Part shown: piece after piece, positions 18,289 to 27,565 of the stretch
Numbering within the stretch: the first letter of the stretch is position 1
Layout of the letters: every line of letters begins with the position of its first letter
DNA from: Candidatus Latescibacterota bacterium
GTDB taxonomy: Bacteria > Latescibacterota > CBDEFO01
Length of the DNA stretch: 64,000 bases
Direction: 5' to 3'
Assembly: GCA_965248755.1 (NCBI GenBank)
Contig: OZ252149.1
Location: forward strand, 4,344,680-4,408,679
Notes under the pieces: model-generated
Told to the model about the DNA's origin: nothing
The model's input: the letters and a program-made list of their open reading frames with translations, nothing else
Databases searched by the model: none
Program-made: the position numbers and the translations under genes

Positions 18289-19356
18289 GTGTTGTCGAAG
18301 CGGAACAATTCCAGAGAAGATATAAAGAGATTGACAGAGACCGTCAAATGCGGTGGTTGAGCGTCTAAACTGAGCCCGGCGGAGCTGGAGCAAGTTATAT
18401 CGCAACTGCCAACGATGGAGGATGCGAATCTTTTGGTGGGGTTTAATACGGCAGATGACGCTGGGGTTTACAGGGTGGGAGACGACTTGGCGTTGATCCA
18501 GACAGTGGACTTCTTTACGCCAATAGTGGACGATCCTTTTCTCTTCGGTCAGATAGCCGCCGCCAACGCCCTCTCTGATGTCTACGCTATGGGAGGAAAA
18601 CCAATAACAGCTCTGAATGTGATCTGCTTCCCCAATACGACCTTCGACCTGGAGGTTCTCTCGGAGATTATGAAAGGCGGCATGTCCAAAGTAAGCGAAG
18701 CTGGCGCCGTTATCCTGGGGGGACACACTGTTCGAGATGAGGAGCTAAAATACGGTCTTTCGGTCACTGGTGTCGTCTCTCCCGATAAGGTAGTTACCAA
18801 CGCCTCTGCACGACCGGACGACAAGCTTATACTCACCAAACCCCTGGGCACAGGTCTCCTTGCTGACGCCCTCAAAGACGGCAAACTGACCCAAGACGAT
18901 ATATCCGAGGCTTGTCAAGTAATGGCAACCCTGAACGCCTCTGCGTCCGATAGGATGGTCGAATTCGGAGCCACTTCCTGCACGGACATAACCGGATACG
19001 GTCTTTTGGGACACGCAGCGGAGATGGCGCAGGCAAGCGAAGTCGGAATGATACTCTACGCATCGAATATACCTTATTTTGATAAGGCATTACGGCTTGC
19101 CTCTGCTCCTCTTACCGGGGGCTCCCGTGATAACCAAAATTTCGCATCCAAGGTCGTAGACATAGACGCATCTGTCCCCCCGGCTATTATCAACCTTATG
19201 TTCAACGCCCAGACCTCCGGCGGACTCCTTATCTCCATATCCCCCGAGACAGCAGAAGACCTTGTGTCAGCACTTATAAAGGACAAAGTTCCCTCCGCCT
19301 CAATAATTGGTGAGGTAACAGATGAAAAAAAGGTACGTATAACTGTCCTTCCCTAA
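18289..19356 (+). CDS. selD: Selenide, water dikinase (selenophosphate synthetase), selenocysteine-containing; in-frame UGA at 18358-18360
   Basis: The track ORF (18415-19356) lacks the catalytic N-terminus. The same frame upstream reads RLTETVKCGG-TGA-ASKLSPAELEQVI, which aligns with E. coli [20 protein letters not shown] (U at Cys17). AGGAG lies 8 nt before the GTG at 18289. Confidence 0.85.
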
Positions 19357-19409
19357 AGTCAAACCGATACGAAAAGCTGTCCACTGCTCAATTTAAAGGG
19401 TCACTGCAA

Positions 19410-20330
19410 TTGATGACAATTGAAGAGATAATAGATCGGCTACCAAAGCTATCTGCTGTAATGAACGAGACATGGCTGCGCCGGAAATGTGATTGGGGTG
19501 AGAATGATAACTGGGATAAGAAAGAGGAGTTTATCAAACGGAATCTACCTTGGTTCGAGCAGATTGAGAGAGACCTAACTATTCTTGAGAAATATGTAGG
19601 CATCAAAAAACTAAAATCTTGCTATAGCAAAAAACTCCATAACCAGTCTGATACCCAGAAGTTTATTTTCGAAATCCACGGAGCTGCCCTGTTGGCGAAA
19701 ACTGGTAGGTGTTTGGATCTACATGTCCCCCGAGGAGATGAAAGTGGAAAGGACTTCGATGTGAAAGCAGAGATCCGAGGATATACTATTAATGCAGAGT
19801 CCAAGACTCGGAAAGACGAATCTCTATTTAATCTGCCACCAAAGTTAGTCTTTGAGAGTAAGTCTCAGATAGCAGGTTTTGGTGACATCCTGGATATTCC
19901 TGAGTCGAAGGGAATTAAGGGAATTCAGGATAGACTATGTAAGGGTCTGAGCCAGCTTCCTGATCAAGGATACAATGTCATTATCTTCGGAAGTATAGAG
20001 GGGGAACATGATGTCTTAGAGGATGCGCTCTTTGGCTAGGTGTACGGGGCGCCCTGGCCTAACCGGAAGACTGGGAAGTCTACCTTTCCTCGTGACCCGG
20101 TAGGTGCATTCGGTGCTGGCTCGGTAGGATTCCAGTCTCTTAGTGGAGTCCTTTGGGTCGAATCGCGACAAGGGACTGGTGATAACTTCCTCAGGCGTGA
20201 CTATGAGATCTACCGGAATCGTAATGCTCACCTACCTCTTCCTGCTGACGTTATTGAAGCCATCACAACTGTGATGAACTGCTCCTCCTTCTCCTGCTTG
20301 CTCCGACAGTGGAAACCTAGACGTTATTGA
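19410..20330 (+). pseudogene. PD-(D/E)xK nuclease-like protein interrupted by an in-frame TAG (20037-20039)
   Basis: Putative core FEIHGA ... GKDFDVKAEI ... INAESK. ORFs 19410-20039 and 20040-20330 are in the same frame and abut at the TAG. Confidence 0.45.
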
Positions 20331-20356
20331 AGCCATCAGAACTGTGATGAACTGCT
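20247..20356 (+). repeat. 37-nt direct repeat (1 mismatch) separated by 36 nt at the 3' end of the nuclease-like gene
   Basis: gacgttattgaagccatca[c/g]aactgtgatgaactgct at 20247-20283 and 20320-20356. Confidence 0.8.
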
Positions 20357-20617
20357 GGGCTATCCCTGTGGAAGATCAGGATCTTTAAGTAGGAGATTTG
20401 CGCTCTGGAGTAGCCATGTCGCAAAGAGTTGAACCAGTTGAACCTCGCTAATGAGAGTAGTATTTTGTTGTGAGCTAAGATTTGCACAACTCCTATTGAC
20501 ATCCAATATTCTATAGCTGACCTTTCTGGGTGGTTTTATCAACTTCCTATTACCCTTAATACAACTTCAGGAGGTCCTTTTGGAGAAGTGGGGAGGGGCG
20601 CAGGATACGAAAAGTTC

Positions 20618-20646
20618 TTGACTTCTTAGAGCGACAAGAGTATATT
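20618..20646 (+). promoter_or_regulatory. Candidate sigma70-type promoter of acs
   Basis: TTGACT, 17 nt, TATATT, about 50 nt upstream of the ATG at 20694. Confidence 0.5.
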
Positions 20647-20693
20647 TTTTCGTCGATTTTTGGTAGTGGTTGACATTAAACACTTACAGGTAA

Positions 20694-22748
20694 ATGAAGA
20701 AGAAAGGTGACATTATGAGCGAGGAGGAATCTTTAGAGGTTAGCGAAGCGGAAATAGCTGTTCACTGGCCGGAGGAGGCATATTTCCACCCGTCAGCGCA
20801 ATTTATTGCACAGGCGAATATGACTGATCCGGGTATTTATGAACGGTTTAGTTTGGAACATTTTCCTGAATGCTTTAAGGAATACGCCGATATGCTTACC
20901 TGGTATGAGTATTGGCATACCACACTTGATACGAGCGATGCCCCTTGCTGGAAGTGGTTTGTCGGCGGAAGGATAAATGCGAGCTACAACTGCGTTGACA
21001 GACACCTGGAGAAGTATAAGAATAAAGCCGCAATTATCTATGTACCGGAACCGGAAGAGGAACCTCACGTGGCCCTAACTTATCAGGAACTATATGTAAG
21101 GGTTAATGAGCTTGCTGCGCTTCTTCGAGACTTTACCGGACTTAAGGCTGGAGATCGCGTGACCCTTCATATGCCGATGGTTCCAGAACTCCCGATCACG
21201 ATGCTGGCTTGTGCTAGACTCGGCGTAATTCACTCCGAGGTATATGGAGGATTTAGCGGCAGGGCGTGCGGCGAAAGGATTTGGGACTCTGGAAGTCGTG
21301 TCTTGATAACCATTGATGGGTACTACCGATCCGGTGATCTCATCGATCACAAAGAGAAGTCTGACACTGCCCTTGGGGTAGCCGAAGAAAAGGGCCAAGC
21401 CGTCGATAAAGTCCTGGTTTGGAGACGTCATCCCGGTAAATATGTCTCAAAGACGCCTATGTTAGAAGGTCGCGATTACTTTATGGACGATGTGCTTTCC
21501 GAGTATGCCGGTAGGAGAGTCGATCCAGTTCCTATGCTCGCTGAAGACCCTCTCTTCATAATGTATACTAGTGGGACAACTGGAAGCCCTAAGGGCTGTC
21601 AGCACAGTACAGGTGGCTATTTAGCCTATGTTACAGGTACGTCAAAATATATCCAGGACATTCATCCGAAGGATGTTTACTGGTGCATGGCGGATATAGG
21701 GTGGATCACGGGTCATTCATATATTGTTTATGGTCCGCTGTCCCTGGCTGCAACGAGCGTTATGTATGAAGGTGTACCTACTTACCCGGATGCCGGGCGC
21801 GCCTGGAGAATCGCCGAGCAGCTTGATGTAAATATATTCCACACTGCTCCGACCACGATACGGATGTTAAGAAAAGCCGGCCCTGATGAACCCAGGAAGT
21901 ATAATTACCAGTTCAAGCATATGACGACAGTAGGAGAACCCATAGAACCAGAGGTGTGGAAGTGGTATTACGAAGTCGTCGGCAAATGCCAAGCGGTCAT
22001 TGTTGACACATGGTGGCAGACGGAAAATGGAGGATTTCTCTGCAGTACCCTACCGGCTCTTAGACCGATGAAGCCCGGAAGCGCAGGCCCCGGTATGCCG
22101 GGTATCCATCCGGTAATCTACGATGAGGATGGGAATGAAGTTGAACGGGGAACCGGTAAAGCGGGGAATATATGCATCAGGAACCCGTGGCCAGGGGCAT
22201 TCCAGACGGTATGGGGAGATAGAGAGCGGTACGTCTTGCAATATTACCAAAAGTATTGCAAAGATAAGGATAGTAATGACTGGCGTGACTGGCCTTATTT
22301 TGCAGGTGATGCCGCCGTGCACGCTGAGGATGGATACTATCGAATTCTGGGCAGAATTGACGATGTCATCAATGTTGCCGGTCACCGACTCGGCACTAAG
22401 GAGTTAGAATCCGCTTGTCTTGTTGTCGAGGAAGTGGCAGAGGCATCGGTTGTCCCCCTGGCTGATGAGTTGAAGGGTCGGGTACCTGATATCTATGTGT
22501 CTCTTAAGTCCGGTTACGAGCCCGACACAGGAATAGAAGATAAAGTTACAAAATCTATCGAGGCAGCAATTGGTAAAATAGCCAGACCCAAGCACGTTTA
22601 CATCGTACCCGATATGCCTAAGACTCGTTCTGGCAAGATTATGCGCCGTGTCCTGGCGTCTATCTCTAATAGGACAGACATTGGTGATGTAACTACATTA
22701 GCTAACCCGGAAATTGTCGAAGAAATTAGAGAAATGGTTCAAGGGTAA
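20694..22748 (+). CDS. acs: Acetyl-CoA synthetase (AMP-forming)
   Basis: 684 aa. WFVGGRINASYNCVDRHL, AMP-binding motif YTSGTTGSPKG, and C-terminal PKTRSGKIMRR. Confidence 0.9.
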   Translation: MKKKGDIMSEEESLEVSEAEIAVHWPEEAYFHPSAQFIAQANMTDPGIYERFSLEHFPECFKEYADMLTWYEYWHTTLDTSDAPCWKWFVGGRINASYNCVDRHLEKYKNKAAIIYVPEPEEEPHVALTYQELYVRVNELAALLRDFTGLKAGDRVTLHMPMVPELPITMLACARLGVIHSEVYGGFSGRACGERIWDSGSRVLITIDGYYRSGDLIDHKEKSDTALGVAEEKGQAVDKVLVWRRHPGKYVSKTPMLEGRDYFMDDVLSEYAGRRVDPVPMLAEDPLFIMYTSGTTGSPKGCQHSTGGYLAYVTGTSKYIQDIHPKDVYWCMADIGWITGHSYIVYGPLSLAATSVMYEGVPTYPDAGRAWRIAEQLDVNIFHTAPTTIRMLRKAGPDEPRKYNYQFKHMTTVGEPIEPEVWKWYYEVVGKCQAVIVDTWWQTENGGFLCSTLPALRPMKPGSAGPGMPGIHPVIYDEDGNEVERGTGKAGNICIRNPWPGAFQTVWGDRERYVLQYYQKYCKDKDSNDWRDWPYFAGDAAVHAEDGYYRILGRIDDVINVAGHRLGTKELESACLVVEEVAEASVVPLADELKGRVPDIYVSLKSGYEPDTGIEDKVTKSIEAAIGKIARPKHVYIVPDMPKTRSGKIMRRVLASISNRTDIGDVTTLANPEIVEEIREMVQG

Positions 22749-22838
22749 CTTGTCTGCGAAGAGTCGAGTGGCCAGACAGTTTATGTCATTGCTCATCGAA
22801 AGGATAACCTTATCAGGTAAATACAAAAGAGAACTCAA

Positions 22839-24251
22839 GTGATCCTTTTGAAAGATCGAATAAGGCACATTCACCTTGTGGGCATCTGCGGCACGGCTAT
22901 GGGAGCCTTAGCCGGGATGCTCAAATCAGGTGGATATAGAGTCACCGGCTCAGATAGCGTCGTCTATGAGCCTATGAGCACTTTTTTGAGAGCCCTCGAA
23001 ATCCAGGTTTTTGAGGGCTTTTGCTCTTCTAACTTGAATCCACCGCCCGATTTAGTCGTCATAGGCAATGTAGTCTCCAGAGGAAACAGGGAGGTCGAAG
23101 AGGTTTTAAACAGAAAGATAAGATACGCCTCTATGCCCGAGGTCATTAAGGACTTCTTCATCAGGGGTAAGCGATCCTTTGTAGTAACCGGGACACATGG
23201 AAAGACCACTACGACCTCCCTTTTGGCCTGGGTCATCGAAAGTTCAGGAAGAGACTCCAGCTTTATGGTCGGCGGTATCCCCTTAAACTTCAACGCCGGA
23301 TACAAGTTAGGACAAGGAGAGGACTTCATCATCGAAGGCGACGAATACGACACAGCCTTCTTCGACAAGGGACCCAAATTTCTCCACTATCTTCCCGATG
23401 TAGTCATAATCAACGGCATCGAATTCGACCACGCCGATATATACAGGGATCTCGATCAGATCAAAACTTCCTTCCGACGTCTGATCAACATAATACCCTC
23501 AGATGGTCTCCTTGTAGCATCTGAGGACGATGGGAACGTCTCCCAACTCATTCCCAATGCCTTTTGCCAAGTTAGGACCTTCGGTTTCTCCAAAAATGCC
23601 GATTGGAGAGCTGAAAATATGGACTTTAAGCCTCGTGGCGTATCGTTCGATGTCAGTGGATACGGCAATTTCTTCATACCTCTTATCGGGGAGCACAACG
23701 TAAGAAACACACTTGCTGTCATTGCTACAGCCGACTTTATAGGACTTTCCCGGGAGCAGATCAAAAGAGGCCTGAGCACTTTCAAAGGTGTAAAGAGACG
23801 CCTTGAGATAAGGGGAATTGTAGATGGGATAACTGTAATAGACGATTTTGCCCATCATCCCACGTCGGTCAAAGAGACTTTGAAAGGGCTCAGAAAATCC
23901 AATCCCAAAGTTAGAATATGGGCACTTTTCGAGCCTGCAAGTGCCACGAACGCAAGGTGCGTATTGGAAGAACGATATAATGAGGCGTTCGACTGTGCTG
24001 ATAAGATTGTTCTGGCCAAAGTCCCAAAGCCAGAAAGGGCCGGAGAAGATGAGAAGATGTCTATACAAAGGGTAACAGAAGCCTTGAAAAAAAACGGCAA
24101 AGACGCCCTCTATATACCGGAAGTAGATGATATAGTAGAACATCTTAAAGAGAAGCTGATGGAAGGAGATATTGTGCTTGTAATGACTAACGGGAGCTTC
24201 GGTGGAATACACGACAAGATCCTTAACGTTCTTAAGAGTGTAAAACAATGA
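22839..24251 (+). CDS. mpl: UDP-N-acetylmuramate:L-alanyl-gamma-D-glutamyl-meso-DAP ligase
   Basis: HLVGICGTAMGALAGMLKSGGYRVTGSD and GTHGKTTTTS are Mur-ligase/Mpl signatures. Paired with ldcA. Confidence 0.9.
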   Translation: MILLKDRIRHIHLVGICGTAMGALAGMLKSGGYRVTGSDSVVYEPMSTFLRALEIQVFEGFCSSNLNPPPDLVVIGNVVSRGNREVEEVLNRKIRYASMPEVIKDFFIRGKRSFVVTGTHGKTTTTSLLAWVIESSGRDSSFMVGGIPLNFNAGYKLGQGEDFIIEGDEYDTAFFDKGPKFLHYLPDVVIINGIEFDHADIYRDLDQIKTSFRRLINIIPSDGLLVASEDDGNVSQLIPNAFCQVRTFGFSKNADWRAENMDFKPRGVSFDVSGYGNFFIPLIGEHNVRNTLAVIATADFIGLSREQIKRGLSTFKGVKRRLEIRGIVDGITVIDDFAHHPTSVKETLKGLRKSNPKVRIWALFEPASATNARCVLEERYNEAFDCADKIVLAKVPKPERAGEDEKMSIQRVTEALKKNGKDALYIPEVDDIVEHLKEKLMEGDIVLVMTNGSFGGIHDKILNVLKSVKQ

Positions 24252-25174
24252 TACTCAAGCCGCCGCCGCTAGAACCTGAAGATACGATAGGCATCGTCTC
24301 CCCTTCGGGAAGAGTGAAAGGGAAGGATCTCGAAGGCGGGATAGAGTATCTGCAAAAAAGAGGATATAATGTCAAGGTAGGGAAGAGCGCCTACGGGTGG
24401 AAGGGGTACTTGGCCGGAGGCGATGACCAAAGGGCGCAGGATATAAACGATATGTTCTGCGACCCCGAAATTAAAGCTATATTCGCATCCAGGGGTGGGT
24501 ACGGATCTACCCGAATATTGGACAAGATAGACTACGAGCTTATAAGGAGAAATCCCAAGATATTCGTGGGATTTTCAGATACCACAGCCCTTCAGTTGTC
24601 TATACTCAAACAGGCAGGGCTTGTTACCTTTTCAGGAGTTCTCGCAGCTGTGGATATGAAGGATGCAAAGATGGATCGGCTTACTGAAAAGACGTTGTGG
24701 GAACTGCTTACGAAAGGAAGGATAGATGATATAGAAGGACTGGAAGTTATAAGAGGGGGATGTGCGAAAGGGAAACTTTTGGGCGGTTGTCTTTCAATTA
24801 TATGTTCCCTTCTGGGGACCGCCTACCAGCCCGATTTAATGGGGGCCATCCTCTTTCTTGAAGACGTAGACGAAGCGCCCTACCGCATAGATAGGATGTT
24901 AACGCAACTCAGTCTGTCCGGCCTTCTGCAACAAGTTAGCGGGATCATCTTAGGGCAATTTAAAGACTGCTTCGATAGAGATGAATCCTCCGAGGTTGAA
25001 GAACTTTCCTTAAAGGACATGGTAGATGACCTAATGTGCGACCTGAACATCCCCATCCTATCCGATCTTCCCTACGGGCATTTTGCAAGTAGGGTCGTTC
25101 TTCCCATGGGCGTAAATGCTAGGATAGACGGAAATACAGGTAAGTTGGCAATGACTGAGAAAGCAGTAGATTAG
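24248..25174 (+). CDS. ldcA: LD-carboxypeptidase (peptidase S66, muropeptide recycling)
   Basis: GFSDTTAL nucleophile motif. 4-nt overlap with mpl. Confidence 0.85.
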   Translation: MILKPPPLEPEDTIGIVSPSGRVKGKDLEGGIEYLQKRGYNVKVGKSAYGWKGYLAGGDDQRAQDINDMFCDPEIKAIFASRGGYGSTRILDKIDYELIRRNPKIFVGFSDTTALQLSILKQAGLVTFSGVLAAVDMKDAKMDRLTEKTLWELLTKGRIDDIEGLEVIRGGCAKGKLLGGCLSIICSLLGTAYQPDLMGAILFLEDVDEAPYRIDRMLTQLSLSGLLQQVSGIILGQFKDCFDRDESSEVEELSLKDMVDDLMCDLNIPILSDLPYGHFASRVVLPMGVNARIDGNTGKLAMTEKAVD

Positions 25175-25337
25175 GCAATTTAAAGGAATCACTGCCGAGT
25201 TGTGTGCAGTAATTTCAACTGAGGCAGAACCAGTTCTTTTAAGAGGACATTTGGTCAGAAATCAGCGAAATATCCTGAATGCAGGTGCTCTGTTGTGCAG
25301 ATGTTTACATAAAAAATTATAGGAGCTGATAAAATAC

Positions 25338-25366
25338 TTGACAAAGGCCCCTTGATTAACTATATT
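25338..25366 (+). promoter_or_regulatory. Consensus sigma70-type promoter of the candidate sRNA
   Basis: TTGACA (25338-25343), 17 nt, TATATT (25361-25366). Confidence 0.5.
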
Positions 25367-25372
25367 CGTATA

Positions 25373-25489
25373 GAATAACGGTGTGAGACTAACTCCTGCG
25401 CCATAGTCCACCTTAGGTGCAAGTGTCTCATCTCCATTATTCAACAACACTGGTAGCGTGCTGGTTTAGGCTGGCACGCTATTTTATTT
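25373..25489 (+). ncRNA. Candidate ~115-nt small RNA, unknown family
   Basis: Bounded by a consensus promoter and an intrinsic terminator. No plausible coding ORF. Internal stems tgagac/gtctca and gcgcc/ggtgc. The next gene is on the opposite strand. Confidence 0.4.
25455..25489 (+). terminator. Rho-independent terminator
   Basis: 10-bp stem agcgtgctgg / ctggcacgct (two G-U pairs), loop tttagg, followed by attttattt. Confidence 0.6.
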
Positions 25490-25656
25490 GATTGCAGTTT
25501 AAATGGCCGTTCGCGACAACTCTGAACATCATTTGTAGTGTCTATTCTGTTTCCCTTATCTCTACCCAGGTGTATTCGTCGTACATATATTTCAGTGGTT
25601 TTGCCATATCTTCACTTATGTGAATCTTAGGGGCTTTCTTTGCGGAAAAGCTATTT

Positions 25657-26778
25657 TCAGGGTTCGATCACGACCTTGATCACATCCTCAGTGCCCGTTA
25701 TCTTTATTCCTTCCTCTAAATCGTCCAATTTCATCTGATGCGTCACGAACTCTTCTAAACGGACATCTGTCTTCTGGAGGAAGGACAGGGCCGTCTTAAA
25801 CTGCATGGGCGGATACGCCCATACGCCTAAGATGTCCACGTCTTTATTGCAGACAACGTGAGGTCTTATTTCAACTCCTCCGGGGTCTGTGTAGTGCCCC
25901 AACTCTACCAATTTACCCCCTCTTCTGACCATGTCCAGACCCTCTTTGAAGGCCCCTGGCACACCCGCGCACTCTATCACAACATCTGCCCCTACTCCTT
26001 CTGTCAGTTCTTTCACAGCTTTCGTGCGCTCTTCTTCTGAAAGCTCTGAGGCGTTTATGGTGTAATCTGCGCCCATCTTCTTTGAAGCTTTCAATCTGTC
26101 CTCGCTGAAATCCAAAGCGATTATGTTTCCGGCCCCTGTGTGCTTCAGGACGGCCACAACCAGAAGCCCTATCGGCCCGACGCCTATAACAGCGGCACTT
26201 TTGCCTATGCCGTAACCCTCGCCTATATACGGAATCCCAACAGGATACGCCCTCTCCACAGCCCTGGTCGCCACGGCCGCAGGTTCGGTCAGTGCGGCGA
26301 TATGATCGGGCATATCGTCAGGTATCTTAAATACATTCGATTTCGAATGCAGATACATAAACTCCGAAAATCCTCCACAAAGATGCGGCTCGCTTTCGCA
26401 GTTGGAAAAGCCATATATAGTTCTGTTGGGACATAGAAAGGGCTTGTGCGGTATATTAACACAGAAATAGCACTTTCCGCATCCTGTCGAACTGGGCGTC
26501 GTAGTTATGCGGTCGCCCTCTACTAACGGACCGCCTACGACAGTCATAAGGTCGTTTGCCTTTTCTCCTATCGTTTCGACTGTCCCTGTAAGCTCGTGTC
26601 CAGGAATAACCGGAAAGTTCAAAGACGAATGTCCCAGATACATGTGCTTATCGCTCCCGCATATTCCGACTCGGTCGATTCTCAAAAGTATGGAATCGGC
26701 CTTTATATCCGGCTTTTTGAAGTCCTGAATTTCAATATTTCCCGGCTCCACCATAACGGCTGCTCTTACGTTCGACAT
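25657..26778 (-). CDS. Zinc-dependent medium-chain alcohol/polyol dehydrogenase
   Basis: GICGSDKH, GHELTG and a structural-zinc Cys cluster CGKCYFC. Rossmann GVGPIG. Confidence 0.85.
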   Translation of the reverse strand: MSNVRAAVMVEPGNIEIQDFKKPDIKADSILLRIDRVGICGSDKHMYLGHSSLNFPVIPGHELTGTVETIGEKANDLMTVVGGPLVEGDRITTTPSSTGCGKCYFCVNIPHKPFLCPNRTIYGFSNCESEPHLCGGFSEFMYLHSKSNVFKIPDDMPDHIAALTEPAAVATRAVERAYPVGIPYIGEGYGIGKSAAVIGVGPIGLLVVAVLKHTGAGNIIALDFSEDRLKASKKMGADYTINASELSEEERTKAVKELTEGVGADVVIECAGVPGAFKEGLDMVRRGGKLVELGHYTDPGGVEIRPHVVCNKDVDILGVWAYPPMQFKTALSFLQKTDVRLEEFVTHQMKLDDLEEGIKITGTEDVIKVVIEP

Positions 26779-26791
26779 CTTGCAATCCTTT

Positions 26792-27355
26792 TTAAGGGTT
26801 CTGTCTTACTACATTCATTGTTTCTATCTTATCTATAACTTTGAAACAGTACTCCTTTGATGGACAGAGGAGATTTCGCCAATCGGGGTCATCGTACATT
26901 TGCTTCAACCTATCTGCCTTGAAGAACTCTATCTTTGAAATCTCCTCGTTCTGAATTTCAAATCGGTCTATCTTCCAGTCAAGGTTTAGAAAATAGACTT
27001 TTTGGAACTCCCTGTCCAATATTCCCTTGGACTCATCGTATTCCTGTACGCTGTGTTTCCACAGAAACGTCAGCTCCTCCAGGTCGGCTTCCACTCCTAA
27101 CTCCTCCTCTACCTCCCTTATAGCCGCCCTTTCGTAGTCCTCGCCCGCTTTCAGGTGTCCCGCTGAGGATACGTCCCACAGATTCGCAAATGTATCTTTA
27201 TCTGGAGATCTTTTCTGAAGGAGTATCTCTCCCTTATAGTTCAAGATCCATACATTGGATACTCTATGCCAATTGCCATCATTATGGACGTGACTTTTCA
27301 ATTTGATTTCAATAAGATTATCGTTTTCGTCTACTACGTCTATGTACTCGTCCAT
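26792..27355 (-). CDS. NUDIX hydrolase
   Basis: Nudix box GHLKAGEDYERAAIREVEEELGV. Start set to the ATG at 27355, which has an AAGGA SD. Confidence 0.8.
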   Translation of the reverse strand: MDEYIDVVDENDNLIEIKLKSHVHNDGNWHRVSNVWILNYKGEILLQKRSPDKDTFANLWDVSSAGHLKAGEDYERAAIREVEEELGVEADLEELTFLWKHSVQEYDESKGILDREFQKVYFLNLDWKIDRFEIQNEEISKIEFFKADRLKQMYDDPDWRNLLCPSKEYCFKVIDKIETMNVVRQNP

Positions 27356-27565
27356 AATTATCCTTCGTTCATCCGTAAGATAAAAACCTACACCTGCTAA
27401 GATAAACTCTATCCAGAGGGGAGTCAAGGGCTTTTTGCCCGTCCTGTTCAGTCTTAAGGATTAATTATGCTTGACAGTCTTATGCTTGGTTAATTATCTT
27501 GGATGGTGAACCTATGTCGAATAGAATTTGGCAATGCTGAAAGGTTGAAAGAGAGGAGGAGTGTG

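Noticed and set aside
25262-25450. 62-aa minus-strand ORF in the ldcA-adh spacer
   Set aside because: It has no RBS and an odd composition. It is overlapped by the promoter/terminator-bounded plus-strand unit, which explains the region better.
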